Shown here: piece after piece, positions 47,609 through 55,784 of the stretch | Numbering within the stretch: the stretch's first letter is position 1 | How the letters are laid out: each line of letters begins with the position of its first letter | Origin: Terriglobales bacterium | GTDB taxonomy: Bacteria > Acidobacteriota > Terriglobia > Terriglobales > Acidobacteriaceae | Length of the DNA stretch: 64,000 nt | Direction: 5' to 3' | NCBI GenBank assembly: GCA_035543055.1 | Contig: DATKKJ010000054.1 | Location: forward strand, 1,716-65,715 | Translations under genes and position numbers: made by a program | Notes under the pieces: generated by a model | The model's input: only the letters and a program-made list of their open reading frames with translations | Databases searched by the model: none | What the model was told of the DNA's origin: nothing

Positions 47609-49036
47609 ATGAAATCCCTGTTCTTACCTGTCTTTGCGTTCTTCCTGACCATCGCCGCCGGGGCGGCGCTGTTCCTCCCGCTGCAAGCCAGCTCCGCGGA
47701 CCCGCGGTTGCGTGGCGCCTACCGCTTCGAGCAGAACGGCTGGATCTACGTCCACCTGCAGGGCACGCCGGAGCAGCTCGGCTACCAGCACGGCTACCTG
47801 CTGGCGCCGGAGATCGCCGACGCCATGGAGGTCTACAAGCTGCGGGCTACGCACGACACCGGGCGCGACTGGGCGTTCTTCAAGCAGAATGCGCACGACA
47901 TGCTATGGCCGCGCATCGACCCCGAATACCAGCAGGAGCTGCAAGGGATCGTCAGCGGGCTGCAGGCGCGCGGCGTGAAGCTCGACCTGGACGAGGTGGT
48001 GGCGCTCAACGCCATGGAAGAGGTCCCCGATTACTACGTCCCCTGGCTCAACTCGCAGCAGAAGTCGGAGAACGCGCCTCGGCTGGCGGCGCCAGGGAAT
48101 TGCAGCGCCCTCATCGCCACCGGGAGCTACACCCGCGACGGCAGGATCGTGATCGCCCACAGCAACTGGACCAGCTACCTGCAAGGCCAGCGCTGGACGG
48201 TGATCTTCGACATCGTGCCCCAGAAGGGCGAGCGCATCCTCATGGACGGCTACCCCGGCATCATCACCAGCGACGATGATTTCGGCGTGAACGGCGCGGG
48301 CATCGTGGTGACCGAGACCACGATCACGCAGTTCCATGGCTTCGATCCCAAAGGCACGCCGGAGTTCGCGCGCTCGCGCAAGGCGATGCAATATGCGAAG
48401 TCCATCGACGACTGGATCGCCATCATGCGCGACGGTAACAACGGCGGCTACGCCAACGACTGGCTGGTGGGCGACAACAAGACCGGGGAGATCGCCCAGG
48501 TCGAATTGGGGCTGAAGCACACGCCGGTGTGGCGCACCAGGGACGGCTATTTCCATGGTTCGAACTGGGCCCGGGACCCGAAGGTCATCGCCGAGGAGAC
48601 CAGCTTCGACGCCAAGGACCCGGCCAGTTCACCCAATGCCCGCAAGACGCGCTGGGAGCAGCTCATCGAGCAGGCGAAAGGGAAGATCGACGTGGCCTTC
48701 GCGCAGCAGGCGCTGGCCGACCATTACGACGTGATCGAGAAGAAGCAGCAGGCCAACGAACGGACTCTTTGCGGTCACGCCGACGCCAGCAGTCGCGGTA
48801 TCCCGGAGTGGATCTGGGGGCCGAATTATCCCGGCGGGGCAGTGCAGGGCAAAGCGATGGACAGCGCCATGGCCTCCTCCTTGAGCTTCTATGCCCGGGC
48901 GGGGCATCCGTGCGGCGCCGATTTCCATGCCAAGGAGTTCCTGGCGCGGTATCCGGCCTATTCCTGGCAGGCGCCCAGGCTGCAGGACATGAAGGCCGGT
49001 CCGTGGACTTTGTTCAAGGCCGGACAGCAGCGCTGA
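47609..49036 (+). CDS. secreted Ntn-hydrolase-like protein (C45 / phospholipase-B-like family)
   Basis: 475 aa with a signal peptide. Putative nucleophile context APGNCSALIATG. The family call is tentative. Confidence 0.55.
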   Translation: MKSLFLPVFAFFLTIAAGAALFLPLQASSADPRLRGAYRFEQNGWIYVHLQGTPEQLGYQHGYLLAPEIADAMEVYKLRATHDTGRDWAFFKQNAHDMLWPRIDPEYQQELQGIVSGLQARGVKLDLDEVVALNAMEEVPDYYVPWLNSQQKSENAPRLAAPGNCSALIATGSYTRDGRIVIAHSNWTSYLQGQRWTVIFDIVPQKGERILMDGYPGIITSDDDFGVNGAGIVVTETTITQFHGFDPKGTPEFARSRKAMQYAKSIDDWIAIMRDGNNGGYANDWLVGDNKTGEIAQVELGLKHTPVWRTRDGYFHGSNWARDPKVIAEETSFDAKDPASSPNARKTRWEQLIEQAKGKIDVAFAQQALADHYDVIEKKQQANERTLCGHADASSRGIPEWIWGPNYPGGAVQGKAMDSAMASSLSFYARAGHPCGADFHAKEFLARYPAYSWQAPRLQDMKAGPWTLFKAGQQR

Positions 49037-49098
49037 AGCTATGGCGCCACTGAGGGGGAGGGGGTGGGCGGAGGGGGGATCCGCCCACCAAACGAGAG

Positions 49099-49203
49099 CT
49101 ACCGCTGCTTGCGCTCTCGAGTGAAATCGCGGATCTGCAGGACGCAGAAGGTAGCGGGTACAGCCAGCAGACACAGGGCGGCGAGCGCGCTCATGATCGT
49201 CAT
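49099..49203 (-). CDS. 34-aa single-TM peptide, translationally coupled
   Basis: MTIMSALAALCLLAVPATFCVLQIRDFTRERKQR. ATGA overlap with the upstream 89-aa gene. Confidence 0.35.
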   Translation of the reverse strand: MTIMSALAALCLLAVPATFCVLQIRDFTRERKQR

Positions 49204-49469
49204 GCGTCGAACCTCTCTTCCCGGTCCTTGCGGCAGCTGAGGTCCCACCAGGCACGATGGCGTCGCACCTCCAGGCTGGCGGCGATGTAGTCGCGCCCCG
49301 CCTCGATCATGTGCTTCCACATGCCGCGGGCGCGCACCTCGTTGCGCAACAGGTCGGCGGCCTCCTCGGGCGTGATCGGCATGCCGACCTCGCTGGCCAG
49401 TTGCATGACATCGGTGGCCGAGATTTCGGCTGTGACTTTGGCGTCCCAAAACGTCTCTTCGAAGCTCAT
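49200..49469 (-). CDS. hypothetical 89-aa protein
   Basis: ORF with a GGGGAGGA RBS 9 nt upstream of the ATG. Confidence 0.5.
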   Translation of the reverse strand: MSFEETFWDAKVTAEISATDVMQLASEVGMPITPEEAADLLRNEVRARGMWKHMIEAGRDYIAASLEVRRHRAWWDLSCRKDREERFDA

Positions 49470-49564
49470 TGTTGCCGTTCCTCCCCACGAGGATGGGTCC
49501 CGACTTGCAGGGACATGAGAAATCTGGAGCGGCTACTCCAGACAGGAGAACCGTCACATATTGT

Positions 49565-49580
49565 TGTGATTTTCATCACA
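49565..49580. promoter_or_regulatory. perfect TGTGA-N6-TCACA inverted repeat, with additional upstream TCACA (49554-49558)
   Basis: Sequence tcacatattgttgtgattttcatcaca, centred ~103 bp upstream of the 89-aa gene start. Confidence 0.5.
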
Positions 49581-49666
49581 TGCTGGGGGAAGAGGGGGAG
49601 AAAGGAAAGGCGCGGCTCAAAAGGTGCCGCGCCCGTACCACCAGTGTTCATCAGGAGGGCTGTTCT

Positions 49667-49918
49667 TTATGCAGCTAGGTCGTCTTCCTTGCGCTGGTTC
49701 TGGCCGAACTTCTGAATCTCTGACTCCTCACCGCTATGCTCCGGGTTCTCGCCGGGCTCGGGGAAATCGGTATCGGCGGCCTTGATCATGGGATCCTGAT
49801 CGCGATGCGGCAACTGTCCTCTCATCGAGGTCTGGGGCTTGTCGTAGGGATTGTCTTCCTCGAATGCGCCCTTGCGGAAATCGTTGTCCCGATCGTGCAG
49901 GTGGAGGACGGTGCTCAT
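49667..49918 (-). CDS. small hydrophilic, likely disordered protein
   Basis: 83 aa with an AAGGAG RBS 9 nt upstream. Rich in D/E/K/P/Q. Confidence 0.5.
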   Translation of the reverse strand: MSTVLHLHDRDNDFRKGAFEEDNPYDKPQTSMRGQLPHRDQDPMIKAADTDFPEPGENPEHSGEESEIQKFGQNQRKEDDLAA

Positions 49919-49929
49919 GGCTTCGCGCT

Positions 49930-50286
49930 CCTTTTGCCCAGGCAGGCCGAACCCCCCAGCGCCTACAGATGTCGCCGTGCAGCCCGCTGTTGCCCCGATG
50001 GTAGGAATCCAGCCGGGAGCTTGTCAGTGTCGGCGGTCACCAAGGCGTGTGCGCAGCACAACCTTTGTCCGCATCGCGGGTTTGCAGGGGTGTCAGGAAG
50101 GCCGGTTCGAACCGGCGCCTATCCTGGTCGTGCCGCAGCATCGGCCCGGAGGGGACCGCGCAAGCGGTCGGGTGGATGCAGGGGGCGCCCGTCAAAGAGG
50201 GGATCGGATGGGCGCCCGACGGCTCCTCAAGCTCTCTCTCACGACTGAATACTCGCCTCCCGCTATGCGGGAGGCGCTTTTTGTTT
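49930..50286 (+). ncRNA. candidate structured leader (riboswitch/attenuator) or sRNA ending in an intrinsic terminator
   Basis: No credible CDS on the plus strand. Several strong hairpins, including a GNRA-capped GACCGC-GCAA-GCGGTC. A terminator lies at 50254-50286, 38 nt before the next ATG. Confidence 0.3.
50254..50286 (+). terminator. Rho-independent terminator
   Basis: 10-bp stem CGCCTCCCGC / GCGGGAGGCG, followed by CTTTTTGTTT. Confidence 0.8.
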
Positions 50287-50323
50287 ACCGGTCCGGCGCA
50301 GCTGGTTAGAATCCACCCAGCCT

Positions 50324-50650
50324 ATGAGCACCCCGGGCCCAGTCTTCCGTCCCTACGAACGGCTGATCAAGATCACCGTCAAGGGCAAGGAGTACGAGGT
50401 GCCGGACGGTAACATGCTGCTGCGGGCGCTGCAGTATCTGGCCCCGGAAACTATCCCCTACGGCCGTTTCTGCTGGAACGAAGAATGCCAGTATTGCCGG
50501 GTGACCTACGACCAGGGCGAGGGCACACCGCAGCACGTCGCCTTGGCCTGCAAGCTGATGGTCCAACCCGGAATGCGGGTAGTGGACTGCGCCCCGGAGG
50601 TGAAGTACTGCCTGCGCACGCTCCCGTCCGCGGAGCAAGCTTCCGGCTGA
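50324..50650 (+). CDS. small 2Fe-2S ferredoxin-like (Fer2_4-like) protein
   Basis: 108 aa with C-x4-C-x2-C...C spacing (FCWNEECQYC ... ALAC). No obvious SD sequence. Confidence 0.5.
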   Translation: MSTPGPVFRPYERLIKITVKGKEYEVPDGNMLLRALQYLAPETIPYGRFCWNEECQYCRVTYDQGEGTPQHVALACKLMVQPGMRVVDCAPEVKYCLRTLPSAEQASG

Positions 50651-50657
50651 GGATCGG

Positions 50658-51488
50658 CTAGCGTTTGCTCGGTGACGGCTTGCGTGTCGCCCCCAACTGG
50701 CGCAGGCGGTCGCGCGCCTGGGTGGCCTCGACCGAGCGGGGATAACGGCTGATGAGATTGTTCAGCTCCTGCACGCCTTCTTTCTTCTGCCCCAGTTCCA
50801 GCAGGGCATAGCCTTTCTTGAGCTGTGCCGCAGCCGCCTTGTTGCCCCCGGGATACTGCTGCAGGACGATGTCGTAATCCTTGACCGCCTGCTCGAAATT
50901 CTGCTGCCGATAGTTGATCTCGCCGATGTAGAACTGGGCATTGCCGGCCAGGTCGGTGCCCCCGTAATACTTCAAGTAATCCTCGAACTCCTGCACGGCA
51001 AGTTGATACTTGGCAGCGTTGTAGTCGCGCAGCGCATTGTTGTACAGGACGTCGGGCGGAGGAGCCTGGCCGGAGGTGGGGCTGGTGGCTCCCGGCGGCA
51101 GGTTCTGACCTTGGTTGGTCACGGTGTCAAGCTGCTTGCCGATGGTCGCCAGGCGGGCCTTCATCTCGTCCAGCGAGTCGTGCAGCGCCTGCACTTGCGC
51201 CGACAACTGGTCGATCTTGGCGGCGTTATCGGTGTTCTGCTGCTGCAAGGTCTTTTGCAGGTCGGTGACCGCCCGGGTGGCCTTGTTGACGTTGTCGGTG
51301 CTCTGCTCGATGAGGTTGCGCATCACCCCCATGCGCTCGTCGAACGACTGTTGCATCTTCGACATCTGGTCCTGCAAGAGCTGGACCTGGGTCTGAAGCT
51401 GGATGATCTCCTTGGAGACGCCAAAGGCGGGTGCGGCCGGCAGCAGGCCGAGAGCCAATAGGACGATCAGTAGTTTCTCGCGGGTCAT
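50658..51488 (-). CDS. cpoB: Tol-Pal system protein CpoB/YbgF (coiled coil + TPR)
   Basis: C-terminal 276 aa of the chimeric track ORF, starting MTREKLL with a signal peptide. Gln-rich coiled coil followed by TPRs. Confidence 0.85.
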   Translation of the reverse strand: MTREKLLIVLLALGLLPAAPAFGVSKEIIQLQTQVQLLQDQMSKMQQSFDERMGVMRNLIEQSTDNVNKATRAVTDLQKTLQQQNTDNAAKIDQLSAQVQALHDSLDEMKARLATIGKQLDTVTNQGQNLPPGATSPTSGQAPPPDVLYNNALRDYNAAKYQLAVQEFEDYLKYYGGTDLAGNAQFYIGEINYRQQNFEQAVKDYDIVLQQYPGGNKAAAAQLKKGYALLELGQKKEGVQELNNLISRYPRSVEATQARDRLRQLGATRKPSPSKR

Positions 51489-51586
51489 AGGTATCCCTTT
51501 AGATGCAGAACGGCTGCGCATCGTCGGTAGACAGCATAGGGCCGGGATCGAGGGGCGGGCCTGGCCCCGCCCCTCATGACTGCCAG

Positions 51587-52324
51587 CTACTTCTGGTAGA
51601 CCAAGTGAGCGCGCCGGTTCTGCTGCCAGCAGGTCTCGTTGCTCTCGGTGCAGAACGGCTTCTCCTTGCCGTAGCTGATGGTCTTGATGCGGTCGGCGCT
51701 GACGCCATTCTGCACCAGGAAGTTCTTGGCGGCGCTGGCGCGGTTGTCGCCCAGGCCCAAGTTGTATTCGGTGGAGCCGCGCTCGTCGCAGTGCCCCTCG
51801 ATGGTGAAGCGGATGCTGGGGTGCTGCGCCAGGAACTGAGCGTCGGCCTGCAGGGCCTGCTGCGCGTCGGGCCGGACGTCGTACTTGTCGTAATCGAAGT
51901 AGGCGTCGCGGATGTTCTGCGCGAACAGTTGCTCGTCGCTGGGTCCGGCTTGGACGGGCGGCGGAGGCACGGTGACGGTCACCCGGGCGGTTGCATCCTT
52001 CGTGCCGCCGGGTCCCTTCGCGGTCAACCGGTAGGTGGTGGAATCGGCCGGAGTCACTTGGCGGGAGCCGCTGGGCTCCACCCCGCCGATGCCCTCTAGG
52101 GTCACGTCGGTGGCATTCTGCGTCTGCCAGCTCAGGGTGGTGGACTGGCCCCGCTCGATGGCGCTGGGATTCGCGGAAAGCGAAGCCGTCGGCGCCGGCG
52201 GTGGGGGCGGCGGCGGAGGAGGCGGTGTCTCCTTCTTCTTGCAGCCGCTGACAGTCATCAATATCGCGAATGATGCGATCACGATCAACCACTTCAGTCT
52301 GTTTTCTTTCACCTCATCCTCCAA
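51587..52324 (-). CDS. pal: peptidoglycan-associated lipoprotein Pal (OmpA-like) with extra Ig-like domain
   Basis: Lipobox MTVSGC, poly-Pro linker, a ~90-aa beta-rich insert, then the OmpA_C motif (TIEGHCDERGSTEYNLGLGDNRA). Confidence 0.9.
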   Translation of the reverse strand: MEDEVKENRLKWLIVIASFAILMTVSGCKKKETPPPPPPPPPPAPTASLSANPSAIERGQSTTLSWQTQNATDVTLEGIGGVEPSGSRQVTPADSTTYRLTAKGPGGTKDATARVTVTVPPPPVQAGPSDEQLFAQNIRDAYFDYDKYDVRPDAQQALQADAQFLAQHPSIRFTIEGHCDERGSTEYNLGLGDNRASAAKNFLVQNGVSADRIKTISYGKEKPFCTESNETCWQQNRRAHLVYQK

Positions 52325-52413
52325 TGCGAGCGAGTCTCGCCATGCCGACGGTCTGTGCCGCCGTCCGAATCACCCATCACTGCGAACTGCGGGTTGCACA
52401 AAGTGCGCAGAGT

Positions 52414-53745
52414 CTATCGAAAACTCCAGTTGGGCATCGTATTCCTGCCCTGGGTCGTGAGCTGGTGGAGATTGGTTCCGTCCGCCAGCATGGTCCAGAT
52501 CTGATCGGAGCCCGAACGGTTAGACTGAAAGACAATGTGCCGCCCATCGGGCGACCACGATGGGAAATCGTTGCGGCCAGCGCCGGTGGTCAACTGCACC
52601 CACTGCTTGCTGGCGACGTCCATTATATAGATGTCCTGCGCTCCCGGTTCCCCGGGGCCGTACTTGCGGAACCAGGCGAAAAGCAGGAACTGGCCGTTGG
52701 GCGACCAGGCAGGGGAGACCGCGTAGCCCCCGTCGGTCATGCGCTGCAGGTTGGCGCCGTCGGCGTCCATGACGTAGATCTGCGGCAGGCCGGTGCGCCC
52801 GCTGACGAACGCGATCTGCGCCCCGCTCTTGGGATTGAAGCAGGGCGAGATATCGGTGCCGCGGTAGTTGGTCAGCCGCTTCAGGCCGGCGCCCGAAGCC
52901 GAATCGGCGACATAGAGTTCCGGATCGCCGCTCCGGGACGAGGAGAATGCGATCAGCTTGCCGTCGGGCGACCAGGCGGGCGAGGCATTGGTGCCGCCAA
53001 ACCTGGGGAAGGTCACCAGCCGGTTCAGTTCCAACGACCACATCAGGATGTTCGAGCCCCCGCTCCCGATGGCGCTGAAGGCCACGCGCGAGCCGTCGGG
53101 AGAAACGCGCGGGGACAGGGAGATCTCGCCCAGGCGCGTCACCTGCTTCTGGTTGGCCCCGTCGTAATCCATCTCCCAGACTTCCTTGTGGCCGCTGCGG
53201 TCGCTGATGAAAAAGATCTTGCTCTCGGCGACACCCTGGATGCCGCCCCCCAGGCGGAAGATGATCTCGTTGGCGAAGCGGTGGGCGATGAGGCGGGCGT
53301 TCTCCGTGGTGGCGGCTTCGCGATACTGCTTGCCCAGCACCTGCGGCGACTGCGCGTTCTTCACGTCGAACAGCCATCCCTGGACGCTGACTTGGCCGGC
53401 GGCGGCCCCCAGGTTGCCGAAAGCGACCATGCTGGCGTTGGGCGGCGGGTTGGACCACGCCCCCAGGTTCATCTCCGCCGGCGTGCCCGGCACCTGCAGC
53501 GGGTAGAAGCTCTTGGAGACCATGTCGAAGATGCCGGCGTTCTCCAGGTCGGCGAATAGGGTATCGTTGAAGACCTTCAGTAGTTCCGGGGCAGGCGGCT
53601 CGGTGGTGGTGGGCTTGAAGTCGGCGGCCGCCAGCCGCACCTTCTCGACCCCCAGCCCGGTGCCGGTGCGGATCCAATCCTGCTGGGCCGCGGCGGCGGA
53701 GGCGCAAAGCGACGACGCGAGCAGGACCGCGAAGAGTCGTTTCAT
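52414..53745 (-). CDS. tolB: Tol-Pal system beta-propeller protein TolB
   Basis: ORF trimmed to MKRLFAVLL. TolB N-domain plus PD40 repeats. Confidence 0.93.
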   Translation of the reverse strand: MKRLFAVLLASSLCASAAAAQQDWIRTGTGLGVEKVRLAAADFKPTTTEPPAPELLKVFNDTLFADLENAGIFDMVSKSFYPLQVPGTPAEMNLGAWSNPPPNASMVAFGNLGAAAGQVSVQGWLFDVKNAQSPQVLGKQYREAATTENARLIAHRFANEIIFRLGGGIQGVAESKIFFISDRSGHKEVWEMDYDGANQKQVTRLGEISLSPRVSPDGSRVAFSAIGSGGSNILMWSLELNRLVTFPRFGGTNASPAWSPDGKLIAFSSSRSGDPELYVADSASGAGLKRLTNYRGTDISPCFNPKSGAQIAFVSGRTGLPQIYVMDADGANLQRMTDGGYAVSPAWSPNGQFLLFAWFRKYGPGEPGAQDIYIMDVASKQWVQLTTGAGRNDFPSWSPDGRHIVFQSNRSGSDQIWTMLADGTNLHQLTTQGRNTMPNWSFR

Positions 53746-53793
53746 CGATAAGTATCGCTGGACGATATTATAGACTTTCATCGGGGCCCTCAA

Positions 53794-54573
53794 TCATCTC
53801 CGGTAGTCGAACCAGAATTCGACCGAGACCCGCTGGCCCGGGTAGCCGGGCGGGAGCGGGCCGAAGGTGTCAATGCGCTGCAAGGCGCGCACCGCCGACT
53901 GGTCGAGCGAGGGCACGCCGCTGGACTGCTCGAGCTGGATGTCGGTGGGGGAACCGTCGCGCAGGATGTCGAAGGTGATGTACACCCGGCGGGCGGCGCT
54001 GATGCCGGGGTCGATCTCGTATTTCAGCCAGTTTTCCGAGACCTTGCGCCGCACCGCGTCCACGTACCAGGCATAGCGGCTGCCGAAGTCGCCGCCCCCG
54101 CCGGTGAACCCGAACCCGCCCTTGGCGCCGCCCGACTGGAAGACGCCGTACGGTCCGCTGACCGGCCCTCCCTGTCCGAAGGGGGCGATGTTCTCCCGCG
54201 GCGGCTCGATCTTCCGGGCGATCGTGCTGCGCTGCGGCCCGGGCTTGGGCTTGGTCTCGCGTTCGGGAATGGCGACCGCTTCCGGCTTCGGCTCCTCCTT
54301 GACCTGAGGCTGGGACTGGGAGAGGCCGGTGGACTCGTGGGCCACGATGTTCTCGGTCTGGGTGGCGCTGGCCGGCAGGGGAATGGTGTTCACCAGGGTG
54401 GCGCTGATGGCGCCGCCCCCTCCGGTGCCGCCCCAGACCTCCGCGTGGCGCGCGCCGACCACGGCGGCATAGATCAGCATGCTGCCGAACAGTGCGGCGT
54501 GCAGGCCCACCGACCAGGCCAGCGGCCGGCCGATGTCCTCGCGTTCCAGGTAGATCTCAGCGCTGACCGGCAC
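53794..54573 (-). CDS. TolA/TonB-family energy transducer (C-terminal TonB_C-like domain)
   Basis: 259 aa. N-terminal TM helix, Pro/Lys-rich linker, C-terminal domain. Its position in the tol cluster implies TolA. Confidence 0.75.
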   Translation of the reverse strand: MPVSAEIYLEREDIGRPLAWSVGLHAALFGSMLIYAAVVGARHAEVWGGTGGGGAISATLVNTIPLPASATQTENIVAHESTGLSQSQPQVKEEPKPEAVAIPERETKPKPGPQRSTIARKIEPPRENIAPFGQGGPVSGPYGVFQSGGAKGGFGFTGGGGDFGSRYAWYVDAVRRKVSENWLKYEIDPGISAARRVYITFDILRDGSPTDIQLEQSSGVPSLDQSAVRALQRIDTFGPLPPGYPGQRVSVEFWFDYRR

Positions 54574-54982
54574 GCTTGCTCTCCAGCGGCTGGGTAACGA
54601 TGCTGACGTTCACGATGCCCGCCTGCTTCACCGCATCCATGACGGTGGCGAAAGCGCCAAAAGGCACGTTTTCGTCGGCCCGCACGTAGATGGACTGGTG
54701 TTCGGGATCGCGGACCTTCTGCCGCAACTTGGCCCCGATCTCGTTGATGTTGACCGGGTCATTCCCCAGGAAGACCCGCTGCGAACGGTCGATGGAGATG
54801 ACCACCCGCTCCTCGGTGACTTCCTTCACGGTCTTGGTCTTGGGCACTGCTACCTCGATGCCGGATTGCAGCACGGGCGCGGTGATCATGAAGATGATGA
54901 GCAACACCAGCACCACGTCCACGAAGGGGGTGACGTTGATCTCGGAAAGGGTGCGGCCGCGGGGAATCAGTCCCATCGCCAT
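54557..54982 (-). CDS. tolR: TolR/ExbD biopolymer transport protein
   Basis: 141 aa with ExbD-like sequence (EINVTPFVDVVLVLLIIFM). Confidence 0.9.
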   Translation of the reverse strand: MAMGLIPRGRTLSEINVTPFVDVVLVLLIIFMITAPVLQSGIEVAVPKTKTVKEVTEERVVISIDRSQRVFLGNDPVNINEIGAKLRQKVRDPEHQSIYVRADENVPFGAFATVMDAVKQAGIVNVSIVTQPLESKRAGQR

Positions 54983-54985
54983 GGC

Positions 54986-55708
54986 TCAACCCCGGGGCTC
55001 CGGGCGCTCGATGGCGTTCAGGAATTCGAGCGCGAAATCGTCCATCCGGGCGCTGAACTCGCGCAGGGAATGAGTGAACAGGTTGTAGGCAATGACCGCC
55101 GGGATGGCGGCGAACAAGCCGGCCGCGGTGGTGATGAGCGCCTCCGAGATGCCGGGAGCGACCGCGCGCAGGGTGGCGGCGCCGGCGGTCCCCAGGCCGT
55201 GAAAGGCGTCGATGATGCCCCACACCGTCCCGAACAAGCCGATGAAAGGAGTGACCGCGCCGGTGGTGGCCAGCCAGGGCAGGCGGCGCTCCAGACGCGT
55301 CAGCTCCTCGGAAGCGGCGATCTGCAAAGCGCGCTGCACGGAGGCGGCGCTGCGCAGTGCGCCCGAGGGATTGCCGGCCTGCCGGCGGTACTCCTCGAAG
55401 CCGCTCTCGAAGACCGAGACCAGCGGGCTGGGCCGGAACTGGTCGGCGACCGTCGCCATGTCCTGCAGCCGTGTGGCCTTGCGGAAGGCGCGCACGAAGC
55501 GGCCGCTCTGGGACCGGGCGCGGCTGACCGTGGACCACTTTCCCAGGATGATGGCCCAGGAAAAAACGCTGAAGAACAGGAGAATCGCGAGAACGATCTT
55601 GGCGACCGGTCCGCTCTGCAGGACCAGATTCACGATCGCGCCGCCGATGTACAGACCGGGGAGTGTGGTCACGAACATTGCCGATTTCGACCGTAGCACC
55701 AGCGGCAC
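54986..55708 (-). CDS. tolQ: TolQ/ExbB (MotA/TolQ/ExbB proton channel)
   Basis: 240 aa with the conserved C-terminal channel region (GLFGTVWGII..ALITTAAGL). The start may be at 55678. Confidence 0.9.
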   Translation of the reverse strand: MPLVLRSKSAMFVTTLPGLYIGGAIVNLVLQSGPVAKIVLAILLFFSVFSWAIILGKWSTVSRARSQSGRFVRAFRKATRLQDMATVADQFRPSPLVSVFESGFEEYRRQAGNPSGALRSAASVQRALQIAASEELTRLERRLPWLATTGAVTPFIGLFGTVWGIIDAFHGLGTAGAATLRAVAPGISEALITTAAGLFAAIPAVIAYNLFTHSLREFSARMDDFALEFLNAIERPEPRG

Positions 55709-55784
55709 GGCTCCGTCAATGAACCGGGCCGGAGCGGACCGCCGTCTGTGCTATGCTGCGCAAAACTCCCGACCCGAGAATCCG

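Noticed and set aside
50658-52292. 544-aa ORF fusing cpoB with upstream sequence.
   Set aside because: The upstream half is the antisense or alternate frame of pal. cpoB starts at MTREK (51488) with a signal peptide.
55212-55784. N-terminal 191-aa extension of recN in the track ORF.
   Set aside because: It overlaps tolQ on the opposite strand. RecN homology begins at the GTG-encoded VLLELRVENY.
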